NCBI RefSeq assembly: GCF_006345805.1
Contig: NC_043017.1
Coordinates: forward strand, 15,624,001 to 15,688,000
Source of the DNA: Octopus sinensis
Lineage: Eukaryota
Direction of reading: 5' to 3'
DNA: 64,000 nt
Shown: positions 1-10,340 of the stretch, one piece after another
How the letters are laid out: every line of letters begins with the position of its first letter
Position numbering within the stretch: position 1 is the stretch's first letter
The notes under the pieces: generated by a model
Told to the model about the DNA's origin: nothing
The model's database searches: none
Seen by the model: the letters and a program-made list of their open reading frames with translations, nothing else
Translations under genes and position numbers: made by a program

Positions 1-106
1 GCAATTTGGGCCAACATAAAAAAAGAATGGCACAAATTAGAAGCACAATGTGATCAGTGGTGTGTAATAGCATGTGATAGCCTGGTCAATACTATCAATA
101 CTATAT

Positions 107-174
107 GGTTAGCCCAGTCGGCAGAGCACAAGACTTTTAATCGTGGGGTTGTGGGTTTGAGCCCACATTGGGCA
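107..174 (+). pseudogene. tRNA-Lys-derived pseudogene or SINE head, 5' acceptor arm lost
   Basis: TAGCCCAGTCGGCAGAGCA..GACTTTTAATC..GGGTTGTGGGTTTGAGCCCACATTGGGCA aligns with the metazoan tRNA-Lys(CTT) body. It has a TTT anticodon, CpG decay, a broken anticodon stem and no 5' acceptor strand. Confidence 0.7.
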
Positions 175-189
175 CAGTATTTGTTTTTA

Positions 190-559
190 GGCACAGGTAT
201 GGCTGTGTGGTAAGATGCTTGCTTTCCAACCACATGGTTCTGGATTCAGTCCCACTGTGTGACACTTTGGGAAAGTGTCTTCTACCATAGCCTCAAGCCA
301 ACCAAAGCCTTAGGAATGGATTTGGTAGATAGAAACTGAATGAAGCCTCTGTGTGTATGGTTGTTTGTCCCCCCACCACCACCATCACTTGACAACCAGT
401 GTTGGTGTGTTTACATCCCCGTAACATAACAGATCGGCAAAAGAGAATGATAGAATAAGTACTAGGCTTACAAAGAATAAGTTTTGGGGTCGATTTCTTC
501 AACTAAAGGCAGTGCCCCAGCATGGTCGTAGTCAAATGACTGAAACAAATAAAAGAATA
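190..559 (+). mobile_element. SINE family A (head GGCGCAGGAGTGGCTGTGTGGTAAG, internal microsatellite, tail GAAACAAGTAAAAGA), old CpG-decayed copy
   Basis: Colinear with the young copies at 48058-48450 and 38585-38979. Confidence 0.85.
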
Positions 560-992
560 TACGTATGTATATATATAAATATATATATATGTATGTATAT
601 ATATAGTGTACTGTTCCATGATGGTAAGATCAACATAAAAAAGTACTCCACCTGGTGAGGGATAAATATCATTTAATAAACATAATATATGTGTTTATGT
701 TAAAAACACTGACTGGCAATGCTCTCAGCACATGAAACTAATAAACACAACATACATATATTGTGTTTATTAAATAATATATATAAATATTAATAGTTAT
801 CGCCCAGCTAATATGGCAGTCCAGAAATATAGGATGAATGCTATCGTTGATTAGCTCCAAGAGGCCATCGCCTCTAGCTAAAGTTACAGGGATGTAAACA
901 CACCAGCATCGGTTGTCAAGCGATGTTGGGGGGACAAACACAGACACGCAAACATACACACACATGTACATATACATATATACATACATACA

Positions 993-1135
993 CAATTGAG
1001 GCCAAAAGTTTGGAACATATTTTTAAAAATTAAAACTGTTATGCCTGAGTACAATTTGATTCAAATATAACTTTGGGCATTTAATATAAAAATTCTAATT
1101 TTCAGACCTTCAGTCCAAACTTTTGGCCACGACTC
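993..1135. mobile_element. Tc1-like MITE
   Basis: Inverted repeats GGCCAAAAGTTTGGA / TCCAAACTTTTGGCC, with TA at the right end (1136-1137). Confidence 0.65.
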
Positions 1136-1158
1136 TACACACACACACATATACTCAC

Positions 1159-1208
1159 AGATCTATTTTAAAGTCCTGATGCAATATTCTATGTTTCCAA
1201 TTCCAGTT
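1159..1208 (-). CDS. Candidate internal exon of an unidentified minus-strand host gene (NWNWKHRILHQDFKIDL, phase 0 to 2)
   Basis: Pyrimidine-rich acceptor ctctttaccaatttcttgtaccatttatAG and donor GTGAGT. Only one frame is open, and its phase is compatible with the 15923-15955 exon. No homology recognised. Confidence 0.35.
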
Positions 1209-1654
1209 CTATAAATGGTACAAGAAATTGGTAAAGAGCTATTTTGATGCCTCCTCCATTTATTTTGTTGTCAAAATATTTATTATAACTATTCCATAAC
1301 TTTTAAGAAACTCAATAATTACATCCAAGTTTATTCTCGGGAGACACGTAAAGTATAAAACTTGTTTATTCTACCAAACTTTGATCCGGAGATGACTGCT
1401 TGTTGGTTGGGATAACAAAACTGATCACAATATACAACCACCAAATATCAACTCTGAAAATATATAATTTGTTCTAGAACTTCATAGCTACATCGTGGTG
1501 GGTGTATATAGACATGAGAATGTTCAATATTAACAATATCATCATCATCATCAACTGTAAAATATAATTTCTTCATCACAATGTGTATATACACAGTAAC
1601 AGTGGACATGTTGGGTATTATCACAATGAACATTAATGGAATTTGTAGTTTTGT

Positions 1655-2040
1655 GGTACCAGTGCCGGTGGCACATACGAAAACCATCCGAACGTGGCCG
1701 TAGCCAGTACCGCATTGACTGGCCTCCGTGCTGGTGGCACGTAACAAACACCATCCGATCGTGGCCGTGCCAGCCTTGCCTGGCCTCCGTGCCGGTGGCA
1801 CGTAAAAAACACCATCCAAGCGTGGCCGTTCGCCAGCCTCATCTGGCACCTGTGTCAGTGGCACATAAAAAGCACCCACTACACTCACGGAGTGGTTGGC
1901 GTTAGGAAGGGCATCCAGCTGTAGAAACACTGCCAGATCTGACTGGCCTGGTGCAGCCTTCGGGCTTCCCAGACCCCAGGTGAACCGTCCAACCCATGCT
2001 AGCATGGAAAGCGGACGTTAAACGATGATGATGATGATGA
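1655..2040 (+). mobile_element. RTE-type LINE 3' UTR (5'-truncated) with about 4 tandem 61-67 bp units and (GAT)n tail
   Basis: GGTGGCAC repeat units, then GGCGTTAGGAAGGGCATCC...CGTTAAACGATGATGATG. The tail matches the RTE at 2452-3322 in reverse. Confidence 0.75.
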
Positions 2041-2451
2041 AGAAGAAATCTGCCTAAAAATGTAAATCTTTCACTCATCCAGCCCCACATTAAATTCTAC
2101 TGTTTGGAGAACTAAAGTTACATACATTTAAAATGGTACAGGGACTTATAAAGAACCGTGTGTGTGTGTGTGTGTGTGCGCGCAGTGGGGTTGGATGTAA
2201 ATTTGGAGCAAATATGGAGGTTTTCTCTGCCAGAAAGTAATTTTTTTTTTCTTTTCATATTTAACCCTTGAGCATTCAAAGAGGCCATCATATCTGGCCC
2301 AAATATTTGACCTGCTTTTATGTCCAAACTGGCCTCTCTCATCTGTCGTACATCATTCTAAACATAGACAATCACATCATCAGAATCACAAATCCACAAG
2401 ATAATCCAGAATTAATTTGAAACAATGAGATCAAATAAACATGTGGCTTCA

Positions 2452-3322
2452 TCATCATCATCATCATCGTTTAACATCCATTTTCCCTGATGGCATAGGT
2501 TGGACGGTTTGACCAGGGACTAGCAAGCCAGAAGGCTGCACCAGGCTCCAATCTACGTTTGGATGGTACTTTTAACATGCCACAGGCACAGGGAGCAAGT
2601 CAGGCAGCTCTGGCAATGACCCATGCATGAATGGTGATTATTGTGTGCCACCAGCATGGAAACCAGTCAGGCGGCACTGGCACTGGCCACAACTACAATT
2701 TCCATTTGATTATGATTTAATTTGATTTTGATTTACTTGACTCAAAAGGTCTTCTCAAAATGGCATGTCGCCCGACAAGTCAAAGGTACTTATTAGATGG
2801 GCTGGTTATGCACCACAGGTGTAGGCTACGGTTGAGATCTCACTTTCCTTGCTGGGTCTTCTCAATCACAGCATTTCTCCAGAGGTCTCGGTCTTTCGTC
2901 ATTGTCTCTGTGAGGCCCAACGTTTGGAGGTCATGCTTCACGACTTCATCCCATGTCTTCCTGGGTCTCCCTATTCCACAGGTTCCTTCCACTGTTAGGG
3001 AGTGACACTTCTTCACACAGCTCTCCTCATCCATATGTAGTACATAACCATACCAGCGCAGTCGTCTCTCTTGCACACCACATCTGATGCTTCTTATGTC
3101 CAACATTTCTCTCAGAGTGCTTACACTCTGTCATGTGTGCACACCGACATTACACATCCAGCAGATCATACTAACTTCATTTCTCTCAAGCCTACACATG
3201 TCCTCAGAAGTCACAGCCCATGTTTCACTGCCATGTAGCATGGCAGTTCGCACACACGCATCATACAATCTAAATTTCACTCTGTGTGAGAAGCCCTTTG
3301 CTGTCAGTAGAGGTAGGAGCTA
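2452..3322 (-). mobile_element. RTE-clade LINE 3' fragment: RT C-terminus (2840-3322, one in-frame stop), 3' UTR and (GAT)n tail
   Basis: Translation includes RLYDACVRTAMLHGSETWA, RRLRWYGYV and GRPRKTWDEVVKHDL, which are typical RTE ORF C-terminal motifs. Confidence 0.9.
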
Positions 3323-3479
3323 TGCTAAAAAGTTAAACATCATATATAGCCATTAAATAAGAAGTATTTGGGTCCACATGAGAGAAGAGACAAGCAATTA
3401 AATTAGTAGGTATTTAATTGCTATCTGTAAATGTGAAATATTAGATAAAATATTCTGAATGCAGGCAATTTGACAAAAC

Positions 3480-3815
3480 ACCCACATAATTTCATAAAAT
3501 ACCTGTATAATTCTGTCCATCACACTTGTATAATTTTGAATGTCACCAGTGTAATTTAATGACATGCCTATATAATTTAGTGTCACATATAATTCCATGT
3601 CACACCTGCATAATTACACGCCCTTGTATAATTCTATGACACACTAGTATAATTTTGAAACAGATGTATCACTAAATTATATAGGTGTGACATGAAATTA
3701 GACAGGTGTGTTGTGAAATTATAGGGGTGAGTTACTCAATTATGCAAATGTGTATCTATATAATTAATGAGAACCCTGTCTAATTATTTTGACACATCTG
3801 TGTAATTTAGTGACA
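3480..3815. repeat. Degenerate ~21 bp minisatellite (TATAATTTAGTGTCACACCTG-like) with an internally inverted block
   Basis: Units run forward to about 3660, reverse-complement from about 3670 to 3745, then forward again. Confidence 0.65.
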
Positions 3816-3816
3816 G

Positions 3817-3930
3817 CCTCAAGGAAGTACCACAGGGTGATGTAACTCATTCCTATAGTACCCTCAAGTAAGTACCACACAGATGGTACAACTCACTTCT
3901 ATAGTAAACTCAGGTACCAAAAGTGGTATG
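3817..3930. repeat. ~46 bp tandem repeat, about 2.5 copies
   Basis: CTCAAG(G/T)AAGTACCAC...AACTCA..CTATAGTA is repeated. Confidence 0.65.
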
Positions 3931-4424
3931 ATTTACCCCCAGTGATTTATTGTATTGCAGTTAGTGATAGGTTCAATTCTGGTTGCAAGACAAGTTAACT
4001 GCCAGTACCCAGGTAGCCTAGGGCAAGATGTCAGATGCAGGAGCCTTGATATGGACACTTCAATTTTTATTGAGAAGAATAAATGAGAAGAAACAATGTA
4101 TAATATAGCCTACGATACACTGTCTAAAGCAGAAGCAGAGATGGTCATGGCTGGACCACCTTTAGTCAAAGTTGATCTAACAATAATAAACATGACTGGT
4201 GCATAAATTTGTTAAATAATAAATAATTATCTAGGAATTAGTTTTGGTTGCAGAAAGAGTTTGTTAAGAGAATTTAATTAAATGTAATATTTGAATAAAT
4301 CAATGCGATAATTAATTAAACATAATTAGCTACATATGTACAGATATGGCAGCAGGTTTAAGAATGATTCAATTCCATTATGCCACACGTTTGGCAAGTC
4401 TCTTCTACCAGAGACTGACTTCTG

Positions 4425-4650
4425 GAGAGAGGAGATAAAATAAAGTACCAGTGATGTTCTGGAGTAGATTTAATATTCCTTTAAAACATCTTAGATGTTA
4501 AATGAAATTATAAAAGAAGACTAACATGGATTTTACCTTTCATCCTTCTGGGGAGAAAGGATAAAATAAAGTACCAGTGACGTACAGTGGTAGATTTAAT
4601 ATTCTTTTAAAACACTCTAGATGTGAATGGAATTATGACAGAGGACTAAG
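4425..4650. repeat. ~126 bp tandem duplication containing a SINE B fragment
   Basis: ATAAAATAAAGTACCAGTGA..GTAGATTTAATATTC..TTAAAACA occurs at 4435 and 4561. Confidence 0.65.
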
Positions 4651-5042
4651 AATCTCAAAAGTTCTTACATAAAAATCATGCTGTAAAGTTTTAATTTATA
4701 CAAGAATACTTTGAAATGATGCTTTAGCATCAGAGGATGTTGGTATGTAAAGGGTCCAAGTTATAAGAGGATGAGGGGAAAGATGTTACTGCCATCATGG
4801 GGAGGGAGTGATTAAGTGTTGAGTCTTGATACTGAAATGTATTCTTGGCAGAGGAAACACCAAAGAATACAGAGATTAGATGTTAGAATCCTGGAAGTCA
4901 CAAACCAAAAGGATTGTTAGCAGCCCAATGGACAAGTTTAAGAAATAAAGACCACTAGGTCAAACCTATGGACATCCAAGAATAACATGCCTGATGACTA
5001 TCACAAATCAAACTGATTAAAACATAGAATTCATGTAAATAT

Positions 5043-5243
5043 TGAGGGCTTTAAGGGTATTATTGCAAAAGGCCTGGTTGGAAGCCAAACCTCCAGAGTT
5101 CTTTTACAGGGCTTAGAAAAACTGAAGGACCAATGCAATAAGTGTGTGAATCTGAGAGGGGAATATCTTGAGTGAGATCATAATTAACTGATCTGCCTGT
5201 GTTTTCTTTTACCCAAAGCCAAGAACTTTTCAGCACCCCATCG
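5043..5243 (+). mobile_element. Mariner-derived MITE carrying the transposase 3' end
   Basis: Reverse-complement homolog of 36630-36833. Encodes GLEKLKDQCNKCVNLRGEYLE*, resembling a mariner C-terminus. Confidence 0.7.
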
Positions 5244-5248
5244 CATGG

Positions 5249-5685
5249 CAGTAGTACTTCGACCGGGGTCCATGTAACCCTTGGGGGTCCAAATAAGATT
5301 TTGTTGTTAAAGCTTATCTGCAATAAATTGGTTATGCTTCTGCAATTGGTTATACAATTCCTAATAACATTTGTTCTTTTACTTGTTTGTCATTTGACTG
5401 GGGCCATGCTGGAGCATCACCTTTTAGTTGAAGAAATTGACCCCTGGACTTATTCTTTGTAAGCCTGGTACTTATTCTATCTTCTGCCGAACCACTGAGC
5501 TATGGGGACATAAACATACCAACATCAGTTGTCAGGCGATTGGAGGGTGGGACACAGACATAAAGACACACACCACACTTGTGCCTATTTAATTATAAAA
5601 ATAAAACATCAAATGGTTATGAGGGTCCACTCGAGTAAAATAGGAATTGAACGGGTCGACAGGGAGAAAATGGTTGGGAACCCTG
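5249..5685. mobile_element. hAT-like MITE interrupted by a SINE A 3' half (~5372-5590, minus)
   Basis: Right end TGGTTGGGAACCCTG is a hAT-type terminus. A second partial copy lies at ~33304-33535. No 8-bp TSD is visible. Confidence 0.55.
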
Positions 5686-5966
5686 GACCCTGTTAAGATA
5701 ACCAGTTTCAACTGGTCTGATTACTGTATACACTTCCAGGAATAAAACACCTGATGACTCTGGGAAATCAAACTAATTGATACATAGTGCAGATGTATTG
5801 TAAATGCTCCAGTTAGGGTCAATACAATTTCAGGAATACAACACGTTAGTGACATTCAGAGATCAAACACATTTTAGATGTCAAATACAAAATATTATGA
5901 AAAGTGTACAGAAAATTATATAAAATAACTCAATCTCAGAGATTTATACAATAATAAGTTGTTTAA

Positions 5967-6404
5967 CCCTTTTGATACCAACCCGCCTGAAACCGCCCCT
6001 GGCTCTGTAGTACAAATGTCTTGTTTTCGTAAGTTTTGAATTAAAGTCTTTCACTAAACCTTAGTCACAATTTATGTTCCTAACACTACCTTAATAATCT
6101 TGTCTACTCTAGGCACAAGGCCCGAAATTTTGGGGGAGGGGGCCAGTTAATTAGATCGACCCCAGTACACAACTGGTACTTTATTTACCAACCCCTAAAG
6201 GATGAAAGGCAAAGTCGACCTCGGTGGAATTTGAACTCAGAACGTAAAGCTAAGCATTTCGCCCAGCGTGCTAATGTTTCAGCCATCATGCCGCCTTAAC
6301 ACTAGATTAATGATAACTAAGTTATTTTACTAAATTCTTTGTTGTATTTAAAATTAATTGAAAGAAACACAGAGCAACTCAAAATAAATATGGTAATGAA
6401 AGGC
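5967..6404. mobile_element. piggyBac-type MITE with nested SINE B
   Basis: TTAA at 5963-5966 and 6405-6408. Ends are CCCTTTTGATACCA and TGGTAATGAAAGGC. Confidence 0.65.
6098..6296 (-). mobile_element. SINE family B (core GCCTTTCATCCTTTCGGGGTCGATAAAATAAGTACCAG) with TSD
   Basis: Flanked by TAACACTACCTTAATAA (6081-6097) and TAACACTAGATTAATGA (6297-6313). Homologous to many copies in the window. Confidence 0.85.
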
Positions 6405-6499
6405 TTAATAAACCCATCCAACCAACATCAACTTGGTGATAGCAGACATCAAAATGATGATGAAAACTGCACCGTATCTAAAACCCCAGGGAGAGATAT

Positions 6500-6900
6500 A
6501 AAGTTTAATCCCAGCATCACTGAACAGGTTTATGATTAAACCATGTTCCACCCAGGACCATCTAGTGTTTCTATTGAGCATTCCATATCTCATCATATGG
6601 CTGTAGGAATTCAGGCGCAATCCCATTGTAGGTCAATTTGAACAACAGTCTTCTACTTTAACCCCAGAATTTGGTAGACAGGCCCACTGTGAGATTACTT
6701 GTTTCACCCAGTTTAGTACTTTGGGTATCCTTTAGTAGGGTCCAATCTGCTGTCACCTACCTTAACCCCAGCATCTGGTCCTTGGCTACCTTTAGTAGAG
6801 TCCACTCCATTATCAGCTAGTTTAACACCACTTCTGGCCCTTGGGTATTGTTGTCATCCACCTGAGTGTTTGCTAGATCTCCACAGTCAACAATGCCTGC
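6500..6900 (-). pseudogene. Decayed ~60-bp (20-codon) tandem repeat with coding-like divergence
   Basis: Adjacent units translate as QGPDAGVKVGDSRLDPTKGY and QGPE-GVKLADNGVDSTKGS. A frameshift and stops are present. Confidence 0.35.
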
Positions 6901-7084
6901 AAACTAAATTGTGTACAGAATAGTTTTGTCACCATTATGTTCATCTCAGAAGAGGCCTGGTTGATATTGCTATCATGCATGTACACTTTATCACAAATTA
7001 GCAGTGCTCCACCCCTGTAGCACCAGAGATTTCTTTTTGCCTCTGTGCTACTACTACTACTACTACTAATAATAATAATAATAA

Positions 7085-7264
7085 TAATCCTTTCTACTAA
7101 AGGCAGAAGGCCTGAAATTTTGGAGGGAGGGGACTAGTCGATTACATCGACCCTGAAAGGATGAAAGGCAAAGCCAAGCTCAGTTGAACTTGAACTCAGA
7201 ATGCCATGACAGGTGAAATACCACTAAGCCTTTCGTCCAGCATGCTAACGATTCTGCCAGCTCG
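7085..7264 (-). mobile_element. SINE family B
   Basis: Homologous to 6098-6296. Preceded by (CTA)n(TAA)n. Confidence 0.8.
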
Positions 7265-7274
7265 AATAATAATA

Positions 7275-8564
7275 TCAGGTCATCCCTAAGTTCTGTCTAA
7301 TTTTACTTTTTTTAAAATTGAATGAAATTTAAGAGTATTTATAGAATGTCTAATGGAATTAAAAATCATTTTTATGCATTTGTGTACATTTAAACTAATT
7401 AAATATTATTTTACAGAATAACAGAATTAAAATTTCTTTGATTAAAACCCTTTCTAACATGGAAGTATCCAAAGAGCATTTGAGGCACATAATGTTTTAT
7501 GAGAACAAAAATGGAAACTCTGCAGCCGAAGCGACTCGAAACATTCACTCAGTTTATGGGAAAGAATGCTTGAATGAAAGAACTTGTAGAAGATGGTTTG
7601 CAAAATTCAGAAGTGGAGATTTCAGCCTTGAAGATGAAGATCGAACAGGACGTCCAGTTGAGTTTGATGATAAGCTCCTTGAGGCATTACTTGAAGAAAA
7701 TCCTGCATTATCAGTTGAAGAATTGGCAATAAAACTTAGTTCAAGCCATACAACTGTTCATCATCGTCTTCAACTACTTGGAAAGGTCCATAAAACTTGG
7801 AAAATGGGTACCTCATGAATTGTCCGAAAGTAACCACAAATCCCGAGTTGACATCTGCTCTTCTCTCCATTCTCGCGAACTCATTTCACCCTTTTTGGAT
7901 CGACTTGTGACTGGTGATGAAAAACAGATCTTCTATCAAAATGTTAAACATCATAAACTGTGGCTTGGTAAAAGGGAAAAGGCTCAACCACAACCGAGAA
8001 GGGAACTTCATGGGGAAAAGGTTCTTCTCTCTATCTAGTGGGATTGCAAAGGAGTAATTCACTTTGAATTGTTACCACCTAATGCAACAATCAATGCTCA
8101 AGTCTACTGTCAGCAATTAGAGCGTTTGAACCAAGCTTTGAAGAAAAAAAGACCCGCTTTAGTGAATCGAAAAGGAGTGATGTTTCATCAGGACAATGCA
8201 TGACCCCACACTGCAAAGATCACATCACAGAAGATAGAAGAGCTTCGTTGGGAAGAAATTCCTCATCCACCTTATTCTCCCGACCTTGCTCCTTCAGACT
8301 ACCATTTGTTTTTTAGTTTACAGAATCATTTGGGGGAACATAACTTTCGCAAGCCAGGAGGAAGTCAAAACTGACATTTCAGAGTTCTTTGTTTTGAAAC
8401 CAAAAGAGTTTTACATTAATGGGATTAAAAAAGTTGTAAATAGATGGAAGGAAGTCATAGATAATCAGGGAAAGTACATTGAGGATTAAATTTCAATTAA
8501 ATATAACATTTGATCACTTGTTTTCTTTATTCAAAATTCGGACACAACTTATGGGATGACCTGA
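7275..8564 (+). mobile_element. Full-length (1290 bp) mariner DNA transposon
   Basis: TIRs TCAGGTCATCCC-TAAGTTCTGTCTAATTTT and AAAATTCGGACACAACTTATGGGATGACCTGA, with TA duplicated on both sides. Confidence 0.95.
7459..8489 (+). pseudogene. Mariner D,D34D transposase, inactivated by frameshifts and stops
   Basis: Motifs RWFAKFRSG, WVPHEL, TGDEK, FHQDNA and HPPYSPDLAPSDYHLF are split across three ORFs. Confidence 0.95.
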
Positions 8565-8566
8565 TA

Positions 8567-9045
8567 ATAATATGGGATATGCCAATAGAGAGAGAGAGAG
8601 AGATCAAAGATAACAGGCTAGATATTGTTGTCAGGGACTACCAAGACAATAAATGCTTTCTAATCAACATATCACTCCCAAAAGATGACAATATATCTGA
8701 AACAAAAATGGAAAAAACTCTCAAAATACAAAGATCTTGAAATAGAGATAATCTGAATATGGGGCTTGAGAACAGAAATAATCCCTATAATAATAGGTGC
8801 ATTAGGCATGGTTCAAAAATATACAAATATATAACAAAAACACCAGGACTTACAAATATATATATATATATATATATAGCTTATAGAAAAGAGCACTGCT
8901 AGGCACTGCGCACATCTTACGTAAAGCACTTTCAATACAGTAAAAATTACAACACTAAAACCACAACACATACCTAGGGCACACTGAGATGCACTTGGTA
9001 CTAGTGAAAGCACATGATAAAAATAAGACTACTGAATAAATAATG
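8567..9045 (+). mobile_element. R4/Dong-like non-LTR element 3' fragment (REL endonuclease remnant and 3' UTR)
   Basis: Translates across frameshifts as IWDMPI..EIKDNRLDIVVRD..CFLINISLPKDDNI..KYKDLEIE..IPIIIGALG..LLGTAHILRKALSIQ*. Confidence 0.8.
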
Positions 9046-9049
9046 ATTC

Positions 9050-9255
9050 TTTCAAATTTTGTCCACAAGTCCAGCAATTCTCATGGGAGCAGCCTTGGTC
9101 AATTAGTTTGACCTCAAGTGATACTTGTTTTATCGATTCAGAAAGGATGAAAAGTAAAGTTGACTTCAGAGGGATTTGAACTCAGAACATAAGGAGCCAG
9201 AAGAAATGCTGCTAAGCATTCTGTCCAGTATACTACCGATTCTGCCAGCTTGCCA
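9050..9255 (-). mobile_element. SINE family B
   Basis: Degenerate family B core and head. Confidence 0.7.
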
Positions 9256-9939
9256 TCATACCAGGCAGTGGCTCTGTACATTGTACATTGTTTTGTCTTG
9301 GTATAAAAGATGGACAACAGCAAATATTCTGCTCAGTACCACAGATCTGTTTATCATTTGCTTGATCTTAACCAGTTGAACATGTCCCTTAGTGGCTGAC
9401 GATATGTGCATCTCTGATCACGAGCAGAAGTAGTGGGGGGAGCATCATAGCCATGTGTAGAGAGGACTTCTTTGGGGTTTGAATAATTTTAATTCACCCT
9501 TGGAAACATGGGTGTTTTGTTCATCATCCTTAAACAAGCCTTATCCAGGGCTCTTTTGAGTGGGATGGGCTATTTGACCTGAAAATTCTAACTGGGCCCC
9601 ACCTGCAAGGTCATGCATGCACTGACCATCTTGATATGAGATCACTATGTTGCACACATATGGTTGTGATGCATGTGCCTGGTGTACCCTTATCAGCCGG
9701 GTAGTCACGATGGGTATACTGGGTTTCGTATATTTGTACCCTAGGTCACTTAGGAAGGAAAGAATAATTAAAAGCCATACCACAGCTGTCACTCACAAAC
9801 ATGACATGGAAACATATACCATACTTCCACTAACTGTTTTAGAGACCTGTGGAGTCCCAAGTAGACATAGCGCTTTCCTCTCTCAGCCCGCCAAAACTTG
9901 ACTCAGTTGGAGCAACGCTGGGGAAGAAAGGACTACATC

Positions 9940-10080
9940 AGCACTTGGTTGATATTTATTAACAGCTGAGTTAACTAGAGCAATGTAGAATAAAGTATCT
10001 TGCTTAAGGACACAAAGCTCCACATGGATCAGGAATCAAAAGTGATATGAAAAACTTAACCATTAAGGTTACATGCATTC
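9940..10080. mobile_element. SINE-like family D (AGCTGAGT..ACTGGAGCAA..TGAAATAAAGTGTCTTGCTCAAGGACACAAC)
   Basis: Related pieces at ~12320-12395, ~43810-43930 and 54955-55075. Confidence 0.55.
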
Positions 10081-10149
10081 AGGAAAAAAGATGTTGACTA
10101 ATACACAAGCAAAATAGCATGACTTAAGCACATACACATAGAATGGTTT

Positions 10150-10340
10150 CAAACCTGGCACAAGGTCAGTAATTTTGGGGGGAAGGGTAAGTCGATTACA
10201 TTTGACCCCAGTGCTCAACTAGTACTTGGTTTATTGACCCCCAAAAGGATGAAAGGCCAAGTAGACCTTGGCAGAATTTGAACTCAGAATGTAAAAATAG
10301 ATGAAATACCGCTAAGCATTTAGTTTGGCATGTTAATGAT
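10150..10340 (-). mobile_element. SINE family B
   Basis: Family B core, CpG-decayed. Confidence 0.75.

Noticed and set aside
611-651. Minus-strand acceptor atttatccctcaccAG followed by GVLFYVDLTIME
   Set aside because: Its phase does not fit the 1159-1208 exon and the donor is weak. Left unresolved.
1655-1880. Regularly spaced repeats that superficially resemble a CRISPR array (also 14660-15250)
   Set aside because: The units are contiguous degenerate tandem repeats with no unique spacers and no cas genes, in a eukaryotic context.
1448-2005. 185-aa minus-strand ORF with repeated VFYVPPARRP
   Set aside because: Antisense read-through of the RTE 3' UTR tandem repeat.
9270-9770. Block that looks like an interspersed repeat
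   Set aside because: Single copy in the window with no recognisable termini or protein motif, so it cannot be classified.
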